Below, piece by piece: positions 36,616-45,648 of a stretch of 64,000 bases of DNA. The first letter of the stretch is position 1, and every line of letters begins with the position of its first letter. Origin of the DNA: Terracidiphilus sp. (GTDB lineage Bacteria; Acidobacteriota; Terriglobia; Terriglobales; Acidobacteriaceae); NCBI GenBank assembly GCA_036490385.1, contig DASXDX010000034.1:122474-186473 (forward strand), written 5' to 3'. The position numbers and the translations under genes were made by a program. The notes under the pieces were generated by a model. It was given only the letters and a program-made list of their open reading frames with translations, made no database searches and was not told the DNA's origin.

Positions 36616-36954
36616 ATGGAGTCCACGAACAAAACCGCTCAACCTGATCTGGCGGCTGCACTTGATCGCCTGTGGGCCAAATTCCTGCCGGAGATCCAGG
36701 AGCGCGTCACGATTCTCGAATCGGCAGTGCAATCGCTCAGCGCGGGATCGCTCCATCCGGAACAGCGGGAAGCCGCGCACTCGGCGGCTCACAAGCTGGC
36801 CGGCGTGCTCGGCACCTTCAATCTCGAGCGCGGCACGGTTCTCGCGCGCGAGATCGAGATGACCTTTTTTGCGGATCATCCCGACCCGGATTCCTCAGCC
36901 CGGCTCGCCGCGATGACGGCTGAATTGCGCTCGGTGATCGAGAGCCGCGGATGA
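36616..36954 (+). CDS. Hpt (histidine phosphotransfer) domain protein
   Basis: ATG at 36616. A four-helix-type sequence contains the H-x-x-K-G-like phospho-His motif AAHSAAHKLAGVLGTFNL. It sits directly after the hybrid kinase and the receiver gene. Confidence 0.7.
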   Translation: MESTNKTAQPDLAAALDRLWAKFLPEIQERVTILESAVQSLSAGSLHPEQREAAHSAAHKLAGVLGTFNLERGTVLAREIEMTFFADHPDPDSSARLAAMTAELRSVIESRG

Positions 36955-36981
36955 GAGGCACCCGTTACACTCGTAAAAGGA

Positions 36982-38460
36982 ATGACCCGGCACAACCGAT
37001 CGCCGCAGCTCGATCTGGCCCCGCGGCTCGATCTCGACCCGCAACTGGGCCTCAACTTTGACGACCCGGCGCCCACCCGGCGCATCTGGCCCGTCAACGA
37101 GCTTGTCACCCGGGTGCGCGAGTCAGTGGAGCAGGCGTATGGGGATGTGTGGGTTGAGGGCGAGATCTCGAATTGCCGGCCCGCGCCTTCCGGCCATCTC
37201 TATTTCACGCTGAAGGACGCGGGCGCGCAGCTTCCCGTGGTTCTCTTCCGCCGGCAAGCGTTGCTCTTGCGTTTCCGGCCCGAAGATGGTCTCCACGTGC
37301 TGGTCCGCGGCAAGGTGAGCGTGTACGAGCAGCGCGGCCAGATGCAACTTGTGGCCGAGACAATGGAGCCGGTGGGCGCGGGCTCACTCCAGCTTGCCTT
37401 CGAGCAGCTCAAGGAGCGCCTCAAAGCCGAAGGGCTCTTTGACGCAGCGCGCAAACGTCCGCTCCCGGCTTTTCCGCGAACCGCGGGCATCGTCACTTCC
37501 CCAACCGGGGCGGTGATCCGCGATTTTCTCAACATCGTCGGCCGGCGCCACTCGGGGCTGAACGTGCTGCTCTATCCGGTGTCAGTGCAGGGCGAATCGG
37601 CGCCGGCGGAGATTGAAGCCGCGATCGCCGATCTCAATGCGGCTTCTCGCGAGGGTCCGGCATCGGTCGACCTCATCGTGCTCGCCCGCGGCGGAGGGTC
37701 GCTTGAGGATCTCGCGGCTTTCAACAGCGAGCGCGTCGCCCGCGCGATTGCCGCTTCGCGTTTGCCGGTCGTTTCGGCAGTCGGCCACGAGACTGACTTC
37801 ACCATCGCCGACTTCGCCGCCGACCTGCGCGCTCCTACGCCTTCAGCGGCCGCTGAGCTCATCACCGAGGCGCAGCACAAAATTTTCGAGCACCTGGCCA
37901 CGCAGGCGCACCGGCTGGAGCGGGCAATGCGTTTCCAGCTCCTGCACGCGCGGCGATGCTTTGCCGATCTCTCGATTGCCCGCGCCGATTCGCGCATCTC
38001 CATGCTGCTGCATCGCCGCGCCCAGCGCCTGGACGATCTTGCATTTCGGCAGGAGTCCGCGCTGGCCGCGCAGATTCGCCTGCGCCAGAGCCGGATTGCC
38101 AGCCTTGCCGCAGCGGTGCTCCGTCACGACCCGCGCCAGTCGATCGCGCAGACCCGCGAAGTGCTCGTCGGCCTGCGCACCCGTCTCGACCGGTCCCTCG
38201 AGCGCGTGCTTCAGTCCTCGGCCTTCACGCTGAACTCGCTCCAATCCCGGCTTCACTCGCTTTCGCCGCTCGCCGTGCTCGATCGCGGCTACGCTCTCGT
38301 GCTCGCAGACGACGGTTCGCTGATTCGCTCCGTCAGCAAACTTACCTCCGGCGATACCGTCACCACGCGCCTTTCTGACGGCGCCTTCACCAGCCGCGTG
38401 GAAGCTGCCACGCCGAATGCGGCTGCCCGCGGCAAAAAAGGCATTCGATCCAAATCATGA
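36982..38460 (+). CDS. xseA: Exodeoxyribonuclease VII large subunit
   Basis: OB-fold N-terminus VWVEGEISNCRPAPSGHLYFTLKDAGAQLPVVLFR, catalytic core GIVTSPTGAVIRDFL ... ARGGGSLEDLAAFNSE ... SAVGHETDFTIADFAAD, and a long helical C-terminus. Confidence 0.9.
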   Translation: MTRHNRSPQLDLAPRLDLDPQLGLNFDDPAPTRRIWPVNELVTRVRESVEQAYGDVWVEGEISNCRPAPSGHLYFTLKDAGAQLPVVLFRRQALLLRFRPEDGLHVLVRGKVSVYEQRGQMQLVAETMEPVGAGSLQLAFEQLKERLKAEGLFDAARKRPLPAFPRTAGIVTSPTGAVIRDFLNIVGRRHSGLNVLLYPVSVQGESAPAEIEAAIADLNAASREGPASVDLIVLARGGGSLEDLAAFNSERVARAIAASRLPVVSAVGHETDFTIADFAADLRAPTPSAAAELITEAQHKIFEHLATQAHRLERAMRFQLLHARRCFADLSIARADSRISMLLHRRAQRLDDLAFRQESALAAQIRLRQSRIASLAAAVLRHDPRQSIAQTREVLVGLRTRLDRSLERVLQSSAFTLNSLQSRLHSLSPLAVLDRGYALVLADDGSLIRSVSKLTSGDTVTTRLSDGAFTSRVEAATPNAAARGKKGIRSKS

Positions 38461-39833
38461 CCGTGACTGACTCTCGCAAACTCTTCGGCACCGACGGCAT
38501 TCGCGCCGTCGCGGGCGAATCTCCTCTCGATCCGACGACCATCTTCGCCGTTGGCCTGGCGCTGGCGCACTCCTTGCGAAAAACCGCAGCCGCGCCGCGC
38601 GTTCTGCTCGGCCGCGACACCCGCGAGTCCAGCCCGTGGATCGCCGCCACGCTGGCCGCCGCCCTCCGCCAAGCGGGCTCGCATGTCGAAAGCGCCGGCA
38701 TCGTGCCCACGCCCGCCGTGGCGTTCCTTGCGCGGACCCACGGCTTTCATGCCGGGGTGGTGGTCTCAGCGTCGCACAATCCCTGGCAGGATAACGGCAT
38801 CAAGCTCTTCGGCGGCGATGGATTCAAGCTTCCCGACTCGGTCGAGCTGGCCATGGAAGATGAAATCCTGCACCACGCCGCGCAAATTCACCCGCCTGAT
38901 CCCAATTCCCTACCGCCCATTGAAGACAATCACGCGCTCCAGGCCGACTACATTCAGTTCCTCATCGATTCGATCCCCGGTCTTTCGCTGGCAAATCTCA
39001 AGATCGTTGTGGACTGCGCCCACGGCGCGGCTGCCGCAATCGCTCCGGAACTCTCTCACCGGCTCAATCGGGAAAGCCGGGCCGAGATCACGCTTCTCAA
39101 CATCGCGCCTGATGGTCGCAACATCAATGCAAACTGCGGAGCGCTTCATCCGGATTATGTTGCCCGGGAAGTGAAGGCCCGGGGCGCCGATCTTGGCCTC
39201 ACCTTCGACGGCGATGCTGACCGCTGCATGCTCGCCGGCGCGCACGGCAACGTCATCAACGGCGACGCCATCCTGCTGCTGGCTGGGCGCGACTTGAAGA
39301 CGCGAGGCCTGCTCACCGGAGATCTTGTCGTGGCCACTACGATGTCGAACATGGGCCTCGAAGCCGCACTCAAGCGCAGCGGCATCCGCATGCTGCGCGC
39401 GCCGGTGGGTGATCGCTACGTTCTCGAAGAGATGCAGAAACACCAGGCGGCTCTCGGCGGCGAGCAGTCCGGCCATATTCTCGTTCCGCATTTGGCGACA
39501 ACGGGAGACGGCATGCTGACGGGGTTGGTCGTGCTCGATCTGCTGGCCCGCACCGGCAAATCGATCGAGGAACTGACAGCCGACCTGAAGGTCTTCCCGC
39601 AGGTCATTCTCAACGTGAAGGTCCGCGAGAAAAAGCCGCTTGCCTCTATTCCGGCGGTGCAGGCTGCGATCCACGCCGCCGAAAACGAGCTCCAGGACAC
39701 GGGACGCGTGGTCATCCGCTATAGCGGAACCGAGCCCCTGGCCCGGGTGATGATCGAAGCCGAAGACGAAGGCAAGATGAAAAAGCACGCGGAGGCAATT
39801 GCCGCTGCGATCCGCGCGGAGTTAGGCGCGTAG
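38457..39833 (+). CDS. glmM: Phosphoglucosamine mutase
   Basis: LFGTDGIRAVAGE, phosphoserine loop SASHNPWQDNGIKLF, metal loop TFDGDADRC and GGEQSGH. The start overlaps the xseA stop (ATGA). Confidence 0.93.
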   Translation: MTVTDSRKLFGTDGIRAVAGESPLDPTTIFAVGLALAHSLRKTAAAPRVLLGRDTRESSPWIAATLAAALRQAGSHVESAGIVPTPAVAFLARTHGFHAGVVVSASHNPWQDNGIKLFGGDGFKLPDSVELAMEDEILHHAAQIHPPDPNSLPPIEDNHALQADYIQFLIDSIPGLSLANLKIVVDCAHGAAAAIAPELSHRLNRESRAEITLLNIAPDGRNINANCGALHPDYVAREVKARGADLGLTFDGDADRCMLAGAHGNVINGDAILLLAGRDLKTRGLLTGDLVVATTMSNMGLEAALKRSGIRMLRAPVGDRYVLEEMQKHQAALGGEQSGHILVPHLATTGDGMLTGLVVLDLLARTGKSIEELTADLKVFPQVILNVKVREKKPLASIPAVQAAIHAAENELQDTGRVVIRYSGTEPLARVMIEAEDEGKMKKHAEAIAAAIRAELGA

Positions 39834-39946
39834 CTCTCCCGCAACTGCCTCCTGCTCTTCAATCGCAATCTTCTCGATTTCCGCATCGCCGCGAGGAAAC
39901 TCCGGAGTTGCAAGCCGGCCGCTCGGGGACTGTACCATACAAAAAT

Positions 39947-40651
39947 ATGCCGCAGTTTCCGCCGGGCCAGACGCTCCTCATCGACGCCGACGACACGCTC
40001 TGGGAGAACAACATCTACTTCGAGCGCGCCATCGCGGCCTTCATCGGCTATCTCAATCACGACGAGTATTCGCCGGTCGAGGTGCGCCAGGCGCTGAACG
40101 CCGTGGAACGCGAAACCATCCTCACTCACGGCTACGGCCTGAACAGCTTCACGAGCTCGCTCGTGGCCTGCTTTGAGCGCCTCACCCCCCACCAGGTGAC
40201 GGACGAGAAGCGCGAGAGTATTCGCGGATTTGCCCGCGCGATCGCCGCGCAGGAGATCGAGCTGCTCCCCCATGTGGCCGAGACGCTGGCCGACCTTGCC
40301 GCGCGGCATCGTCTCATCCTGATGACCAAGGGCGACCAGGCCGAGCAGGCGGACAAGCTTGCCCGCTCCGGGCTGGCGGCGCATTTCTCGGCCATCGAGA
40401 TCGTTGGCGAGAAAGATCCGCCCACCTATCGCCAGGTGATCGCCCGCCATGGCCTCGCACTCCATGCGGCTTGGATGATCGGCAATAGTCCCAAGAGCGA
40501 TATCAACCCGGCGCTGGCCGCCGGACTGAATGCCGTTTTTCTCTTCCACAAAGACACTTGGGTACTGGAACACGCCGAGGTCGATCCCGCGCCCGCGGGC
40601 CAGCATCTTATCGAGCTTGATTCGTTTGCGCGGCTACGCGAGATATTCTGA
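39947..40651 (+). CDS. HAD-superfamily hydrolase
   Basis: Motif I LLIDADDTLW, followed by LILMTKGD and a motif III-like MIGNSPKSD. The ATG is at 39947. Confidence 0.7.
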   Translation: MPQFPPGQTLLIDADDTLWENNIYFERAIAAFIGYLNHDEYSPVEVRQALNAVERETILTHGYGLNSFTSSLVACFERLTPHQVTDEKRESIRGFARAIAAQEIELLPHVAETLADLAARHRLILMTKGDQAEQADKLARSGLAAHFSAIEIVGEKDPPTYRQVIARHGLALHAAWMIGNSPKSDINPALAAGLNAVFLFHKDTWVLEHAEVDPAPAGQHLIELDSFARLREIF

Positions 40652-40679
40652 CCTGCCCCGTCGCCACTCGCGGCGCCAA

Positions 40680-41927
40680 TCATCGTCCGATGCGCCAGTG
40701 CAACACGCCGGCCACGCCTACGGGATGATCTCCATACAAAGGGATCAGCCGCGGCGGAGTGTTGTAGAGCGTGATCTGCGCGCCGAGCTCGAGCGCGCTC
40801 CATCCGTCAGACCAGACGCGATGCGCATATCCGCCGGTATAGGCCTGCACACGGCCTACGACGCTTTCTTCGGGCGGCGCCGCGGGGCCCAGCAGATCCG
40901 TTGTCCGGTCGGCATTCTCGATGCGCGTCCACAGCGACTGGCGCGCGCGCAGGCGGGCTTCGGCTTCGACCAGATATCCATTCGCATTCACGCCCGTGCC
41001 GATGGTGTGATTGCGTCCCCACACCGCGGTCGCATCGAGCTCGGCTGCGGTCCATGCATGATGCACGCCCACTGACGCGGTCTGGCGCAGTACATCCTCC
41101 TGCGGATGCAGCGCCTCGGGCGAATGCAGGCGGCCCAGCGAGTATTGCGCGATCCAATCCCGAGCCGGCGCAACGGTCAGCCGCGCGGACCACGAATCCA
41201 CTGCGCCTTGATAAATCGTCCAGCGGTTCTCGCCCGGCTCGCGCCCGTGAAAGCCCGATGCTTCCATGCGCACAGGACCCCAGGTGAGGCCGCCGGTCAG
41301 CACGTCGTAGGCAATGTGCGTCGAATCCTGCAGATGGTGCGCCAGCGGCGCCAGCGGATTGCTCTCCGCGCTGGCGCGATGCGGAAACGCCACAGGCCCC
41401 AGCGCGGGATCGCCCACCGGAGCTACATAGACCGTCGCCAATCCCCTCGCGCCGAGATTTTGATCATAGATGGCGGCCAGCTCCATGAAGAGGTCATGCG
41501 GATGCTGGCCATCGACGATTGGCTTACCGAATGCCGTCTCACCCTGCTCAAAAAGCTCGGGGTAATAACGGCCGGTGATGGTGGCCGGCTCCAGACTGAA
41601 CATGCCCGCGAAGGTCCATTGCCCGTTTTTGGTGGCCCGCTGGGCCATGGGCATCACCCAGTTCGCGCTGAACAGCTTGTCACGCCCGCGCGGCCCGGTC
41701 TGTTGCTGCTCGGCTGCCAGCGCTTCGCCGTGCAGCATCTCCATCCAATTGCCGTGCATGCGCATGAGCATCGGCGGCGCGCTGGATGCGGGCTCGAGGC
41801 TCGTGCCTGATTCGGAATGCCTGAGGACGTTCTGCTTGAGGGTCTCCACCGGGCTGCCCATGTTCATCTGGGCGCGCACGCTTACCGGAACGCAGAGCAG
41901 GAACACTGCCCACCATCGCAACTTCAT
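40680..41927 (-). CDS. Secreted His/Met-rich putative outer-membrane beta-barrel protein
   Basis: GGAGG lies 5 nt upstream of the ATG at 41927. Signal peptide MKLRWWAVFLLCVPVSVRAQ, then MNMGSPVE...MLMRMHGNWMEMLHGE...VDGQHPHDLFMELAAIY and alternating beta-strand-like segments. I cannot name a family. Confidence 0.5.
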   Translation of the reverse strand: MKLRWWAVFLLCVPVSVRAQMNMGSPVETLKQNVLRHSESGTSLEPASSAPPMLMRMHGNWMEMLHGEALAAEQQQTGPRGRDKLFSANWVMPMAQRATKNGQWTFAGMFSLEPATITGRYYPELFEQGETAFGKPIVDGQHPHDLFMELAAIYDQNLGARGLATVYVAPVGDPALGPVAFPHRASAESNPLAPLAHHLQDSTHIAYDVLTGGLTWGPVRMEASGFHGREPGENRWTIYQGAVDSWSARLTVAPARDWIAQYSLGRLHSPEALHPQEDVLRQTASVGVHHAWTAAELDATAVWGRNHTIGTGVNANGYLVEAEARLRARQSLWTRIENADRTTDLLGPAAPPEESVVGRVQAYTGGYAHRVWSDGWSALELGAQITLYNTPPRLIPLYGDHPVGVAGVLHWRIGR

Positions 41928-42083
41928 CTTTACCTCCGCCTGCACTGCGGTCTCCCCGGTTTCTGCCGGGGGCGCATAAACGCCGGCCGCTGCGCGCAAG
42001 ATCTCCTGCGCGATGCGTTATTCAGGCCAGATCAGCCGGCTTATTTTGTCGAAGCTCGTTTCGTCGGAGAGAGAGATGGGGGA

Positions 42084-42416
42084 TCAGGTGCGCCGGACGG
42101 CGGGAGGCTGAGGATGAAGAGGAATGCGCGTAACGGAATTGTCGTACGTTCGTTGCTCGAGTGCAGGTGCGGCGGTGAGCATAAGGATCTCTCCGCCCGG
42201 CGCTTTCACTTTCACGCCTGCCACCGGCCTGTTGATATCCGCGGCAGGCCGGCCGGAGATGTTCCCCGGTGCGCAGCAGCCGGCGCCAAAGGAATGGGCC
42301 ACGGGAGCGCAGCACAAATTCATGGCGCCGTGCCTCATGGACCCGCAGACGGCATCGCATGGAGCAAGGGAAAGCACCAGCGCAGCGAAAATGACAAGCA
42401 AACCGGCCCGGCGCAT
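42084..42416 (-). CDS. Small secreted Cys-rich protein (110 aa)
   Basis: Signal peptide MRRAGLLVIFAALVLSLAP, then CDAVCGSMRHGAMNLCCAPVAHSFGAGCCAPGN. It lies 156 nt upstream of, and co-oriented with, the His/Met-rich outer-membrane protein. Confidence 0.45.
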   Translation of the reverse strand: MRRAGLLVIFAALVLSLAPCDAVCGSMRHGAMNLCCAPVAHSFGAGCCAPGNISGRPAADINRPVAGVKVKAPGGEILMLTAAPALEQRTYDNSVTRIPLHPQPPAVRRT

Positions 42417-42652
42417 AGCGCTATTCTACGCCAGCCAGAATTCGCTTCCCCCTCGCACTGTGAGAAAATGAAGAGGCAAACATTCTCCGGCGCGGCCTGC
42501 TTCGGCGCGCTGCATCCGCACTGCAACCCAGGCAAAGACGCCGCTTGCCGCGGAAGGCAGAACTGCGATTTGACCTTTGGGCCCGTATCGTCGGGGCCCA
42601 TGCGCTCTGGCCCAACTACGGCAACCGGAACTGGAATAGGAATCAGCCAAGA

Positions 42653-44266
42653 ATGCTCAGTACCAGCAACGTCTCCATGCGCTACGGCTCGAAGGTGCTC
42701 TTCGAAGACGTCAGTGTCAGCTTTGTTCCCGGCCGCCGCTACGGCCTCACCGGCCCCAACGGCTCCGGCAAATCCACCTTCATGAAGGTCCTCACCGGCG
42801 AGCTCGACGCGCAGAAGGGCACCGTGGTCCGCCCGCGCAAATTCGGCGTGCTGCGCCAGGACCAGTTCGCCTTCGACGCCTATCGCGTCATCGACACCGT
42901 CATCATGGGCAACAAGCCCCTGTGGGCCGCGCTCGAAGAACGCGACCGCATCTATGAGAAGCCCGAGATGACCGACGAAGACGGCATGCGCCTGGGCGAG
43001 CTCGAAGGCGTCATTGGCGACGAGGACGGCTACACCGCCGAGGCCGATGCCGCTATCCTGCTCGACGGCCTCGACATTCCCGAGGAACTCCACCAGCGCA
43101 AAATGGGCGAGTTGCAAGGCGGCCAGAAAGTGCGGGTGCTGCTCGCGCAGGCGCTCTTCGGCAAGCCCGAAGCCCTGCTCCTCGACGAGCCCACCAACTA
43201 TCTCGATCTCGATTCGATCCACTGGCTCCAGGATTTCCTGCTCAACTACGACGGCACGCTGATCGCCATCTCCCACGACCGGCACTTCCTCAACAGCGTC
43301 ACCACGCACACCGCCGACATCGATTATCAGACCATCATCGTCTACACCGGCGGCTACGACGAGATGGTGATGGCCAAGACGCAGATCCGCTCCACGCTCG
43401 AGTCGCAAATCGTCCAGCGCGAAAAGAAGATCGCGCAGCTCAACGACTTCATCGCGCGCTTCGCCGCCGGCACGCGCTCTTCGCAGGTCACCAGCCGCCG
43501 CAAAGAGGTTGAGCGCCTGCAGACCAATGAGCTGGCGCGCTCCAACATTCAGCGCCCATTCATTCGCTTCGACCAGGTGCGCCCCAGCGGCAAGCATGTT
43601 CTGGAGTTCAAGCACATCACCAAGCTCTATGGCGATCTGAAGGTGCTCGACGGCTTCACGGCCAACGTGCTGCGCGGCGAAAAAATCTGTCTCATGGGCC
43701 GCAACGGCGCCGGCAAAACCACGCTGCTCAAAAGCCTGCTCGCGAATTATCCCGGCCTGGCCGACAAGGATTTCATGCTCGACTCAGGCTCCGTCTTCTG
43801 GGGCCACGAGGCGCAGGTCGGCTACTTTCCGCAGGACGTAGGCTCGACGCTGACTGGACCGGGAATGGAGCACGGCCTCACCGTAGCCGAGTGGCTGCAT
43901 CGCTGGAACCCGCAGGCGCATGTCGAAGAAATCCGCGGCATCCTCGGCCAGATGCTGTTCAGCGGCGAGGAAGGCGGCAAGCCGACTAAAGCGCTCTCCG
44001 GCGGCGAACAAGCGCGGCTGGCCTTCTGCAAATTGATCCTCACCAAGCCCAACATCCTCATCTTCGACGAGCCCACGAACCACCTCGACTTAGAAGCCAT
44101 CAACGCGCTCAACATAGCATTGCAGCGGTACGAAGGCACCGCGCTTCTGGTGACTCACGATCACGACCTGATCGACGAAGTAGCCACGCGCCTATGGAAC
44201 TTCAAAGAAGACGGCATAGAAGATTTCCAGGGCCCGTATGCGGAGTGGAAGGGCAAGCACAACTGA
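42653..44266 (+). CDS. ABC-F family ATPase (two ABC cassettes, no TM domain)
   Basis: Cassette 1 has GPNGSGKST, LQGGQKVRVLLAQAL and LLLDEPTNYLD. Cassette 2 has GRNGAGKTT, LSGGEQARLAFCKL and LIFDEPTNHLD. A charged linker lies between them. Confidence 0.9.
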   Translation: MLSTSNVSMRYGSKVLFEDVSVSFVPGRRYGLTGPNGSGKSTFMKVLTGELDAQKGTVVRPRKFGVLRQDQFAFDAYRVIDTVIMGNKPLWAALEERDRIYEKPEMTDEDGMRLGELEGVIGDEDGYTAEADAAILLDGLDIPEELHQRKMGELQGGQKVRVLLAQALFGKPEALLLDEPTNYLDLDSIHWLQDFLLNYDGTLIAISHDRHFLNSVTTHTADIDYQTIIVYTGGYDEMVMAKTQIRSTLESQIVQREKKIAQLNDFIARFAAGTRSSQVTSRRKEVERLQTNELARSNIQRPFIRFDQVRPSGKHVLEFKHITKLYGDLKVLDGFTANVLRGEKICLMGRNGAGKTTLLKSLLANYPGLADKDFMLDSGSVFWGHEAQVGYFPQDVGSTLTGPGMEHGLTVAEWLHRWNPQAHVEEIRGILGQMLFSGEEGGKPTKALSGGEQARLAFCKLILTKPNILIFDEPTNHLDLEAINALNIALQRYEGTALLVTHDHDLIDEVATRLWNFKEDGIEDFQGPYAEWKGKHN

Positions 44267-44364
44267 TTTAGGTATGACGCCTCGGGTTAACGGAAAACTT
44301 TCGCTAGTTCGCGTACATCCGATCCGTATTGGAAGATGGGGTTGAATCGTATATTGTGTTGCGC

Positions 44365-45234
44365 ATGGCTCTTTCTCCATCACAGCGCGTTTCATTAATG
44401 AAGGAGATATCCCAGCGACTTGGTTCCGAGCAATGGTCGCTAATCGACCTGACGCTGAAGCAATTTGCACTCCCTTGGACGGATCAATGGAGCAGCGACA
44501 GCAATTCCTATATTTTGGAGATGATCGCAAAGGCTTCCGACGAAGCATTAATTGAGCTGGCTCAGCATCTCGGGTTCGCGCTTGAAACGTCGGCATCGTC
44601 ACACATTGAGCCTGCATTTTGGCAAAAGGGAATGTTTCGCCTTTTCATTTCGCATCTAGCCGTGCATAAAAAATCTGCGAGCGAGTTGCAGGCCGCCCTT
44701 CTTCAATATGGTATTTCTGGATTCGTCGCTCACAGCGATATTGAACCCACTACTGAGTGGCAGGATCAAATTGAGACAGCCCTGTCGACTTGTGACGCGC
44801 TTGTTGCGCTGCTACACGACAGCTTTCATGAGAGCAAGTGGACAGATCAAGAAATTGGGTTCGCGATGGGCCGTGCTGTCCCAGTCTGCTCGGTCCGCCT
44901 CGGCGAAACGCCCTATGGCTTCATCGGTCGCTTCCAAGCCTTCAATGGGGTCAACAAGCAATCTTCAGACTTGGCACTTGAGCTATTCGAGTTGTTTCGC
45001 AAGAACAAGCAAACCAAAAGAAAGATGGGGGAAGTATTAGTAGGCATATTTGAACAGAGTGGGAGTTTTGCGGAAGCTAGGGCAAGAATTGGATTCCTTG
45101 AAGGGTTGGATACTTGGGAACCGTCATTCGCGAAGCGAATTCGGGCGGCGGCCGAGAGTAACTCGCAGATTGCAAACTCTTATCATGTTCCGCCACGAGT
45201 AGTCAGCCTTGCCAATAAATGGTCAGCGACATAG
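44365..45234 (+). CDS. TIR-domain protein with unassigned N- and C-terminal domains
   Basis: The central segment FRLFISHLAVHKKSASELQAALLQYGISGFVAHSDIEPTTEWQDQIETALSTCDALVALLHDSFHESKWTDQEIGFAMG follows the bacterial TIR pattern: F-I-S-[HY], W-x-x-x-I-x-x-A, a hydrophobic strand, then S-x-W-x-x-x-E. The locus is visibly AT-richer than its flanks. The start is ATG 44365 or TTG 44329. Confidence 0.6.
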   Translation: MALSPSQRVSLMKEISQRLGSEQWSLIDLTLKQFALPWTDQWSSDSNSYILEMIAKASDEALIELAQHLGFALETSASSHIEPAFWQKGMFRLFISHLAVHKKSASELQAALLQYGISGFVAHSDIEPTTEWQDQIETALSTCDALVALLHDSFHESKWTDQEIGFAMGRAVPVCSVRLGETPYGFIGRFQAFNGVNKQSSDLALELFELFRKNKQTKRKMGEVLVGIFEQSGSFAEARARIGFLEGLDTWEPSFAKRIRAAAESNSQIANSYHVPPRVVSLANKWSAT

Positions 45235-45417
45235 CGAAAGGTATCGAATTGGGTGGAAAACATGCCCATCGCCTCACATCTTGGATTTAGGACTGTTCCC
45301 GCTTTCCCCCGCCTTGGAATCTCGCGCCGCGGGCCGACGAACCGACGGCGGGCGGGTGGTCCAGGACTCGCTTCCGAGACCTGGGATGCTTAGATTCAAA
45401 TATGACATAATCATGTC

Positions 45418-45648
45418 ATGGCCGTCCGAACCACTGTCGATATCCCCGAGCCGCTTCATGACCGCCTGCGGGATCGCGCCGAGCGTTCCGGCACTTCGAT
45501 TCGCTCCCTCATCGTCCGGGCTCTCGAAGAGACCTACGCGGAACCCAAGAAAGGCCGCCGCGTGACCGGCCCGCTCATTATTGCCAAAGGCAAGCGCGGT
45601 CCTCGATTCCCGGTGGACGAGACTCCCCATGACCTTGTTATTGATTGA
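45418..45648 (+). CDS. vapB: Ribbon-helix-helix antitoxin (VapB/CopG-like)
   Basis: MAVRTTVDIPEPLHDRLRDRAERSGTSIRSLIVRALEETY has the RHH pattern. It is 76 aa and overlaps the downstream PIN gene by 20 nt. Confidence 0.7.
   Translation: MAVRTTVDIPEPLHDRLRDRAERSGTSIRSLIVRALEETYAEPKKGRRVTGPLIIAKGKRGPRFPVDETPHDLVID

Noticed and set aside
42335-43615. 426-aa minus-strand ORF.
   Set aside because: It is antisense to the ABC-F ATPase (Walker and signature motifs are on the plus strand). It is a shadow ORF.
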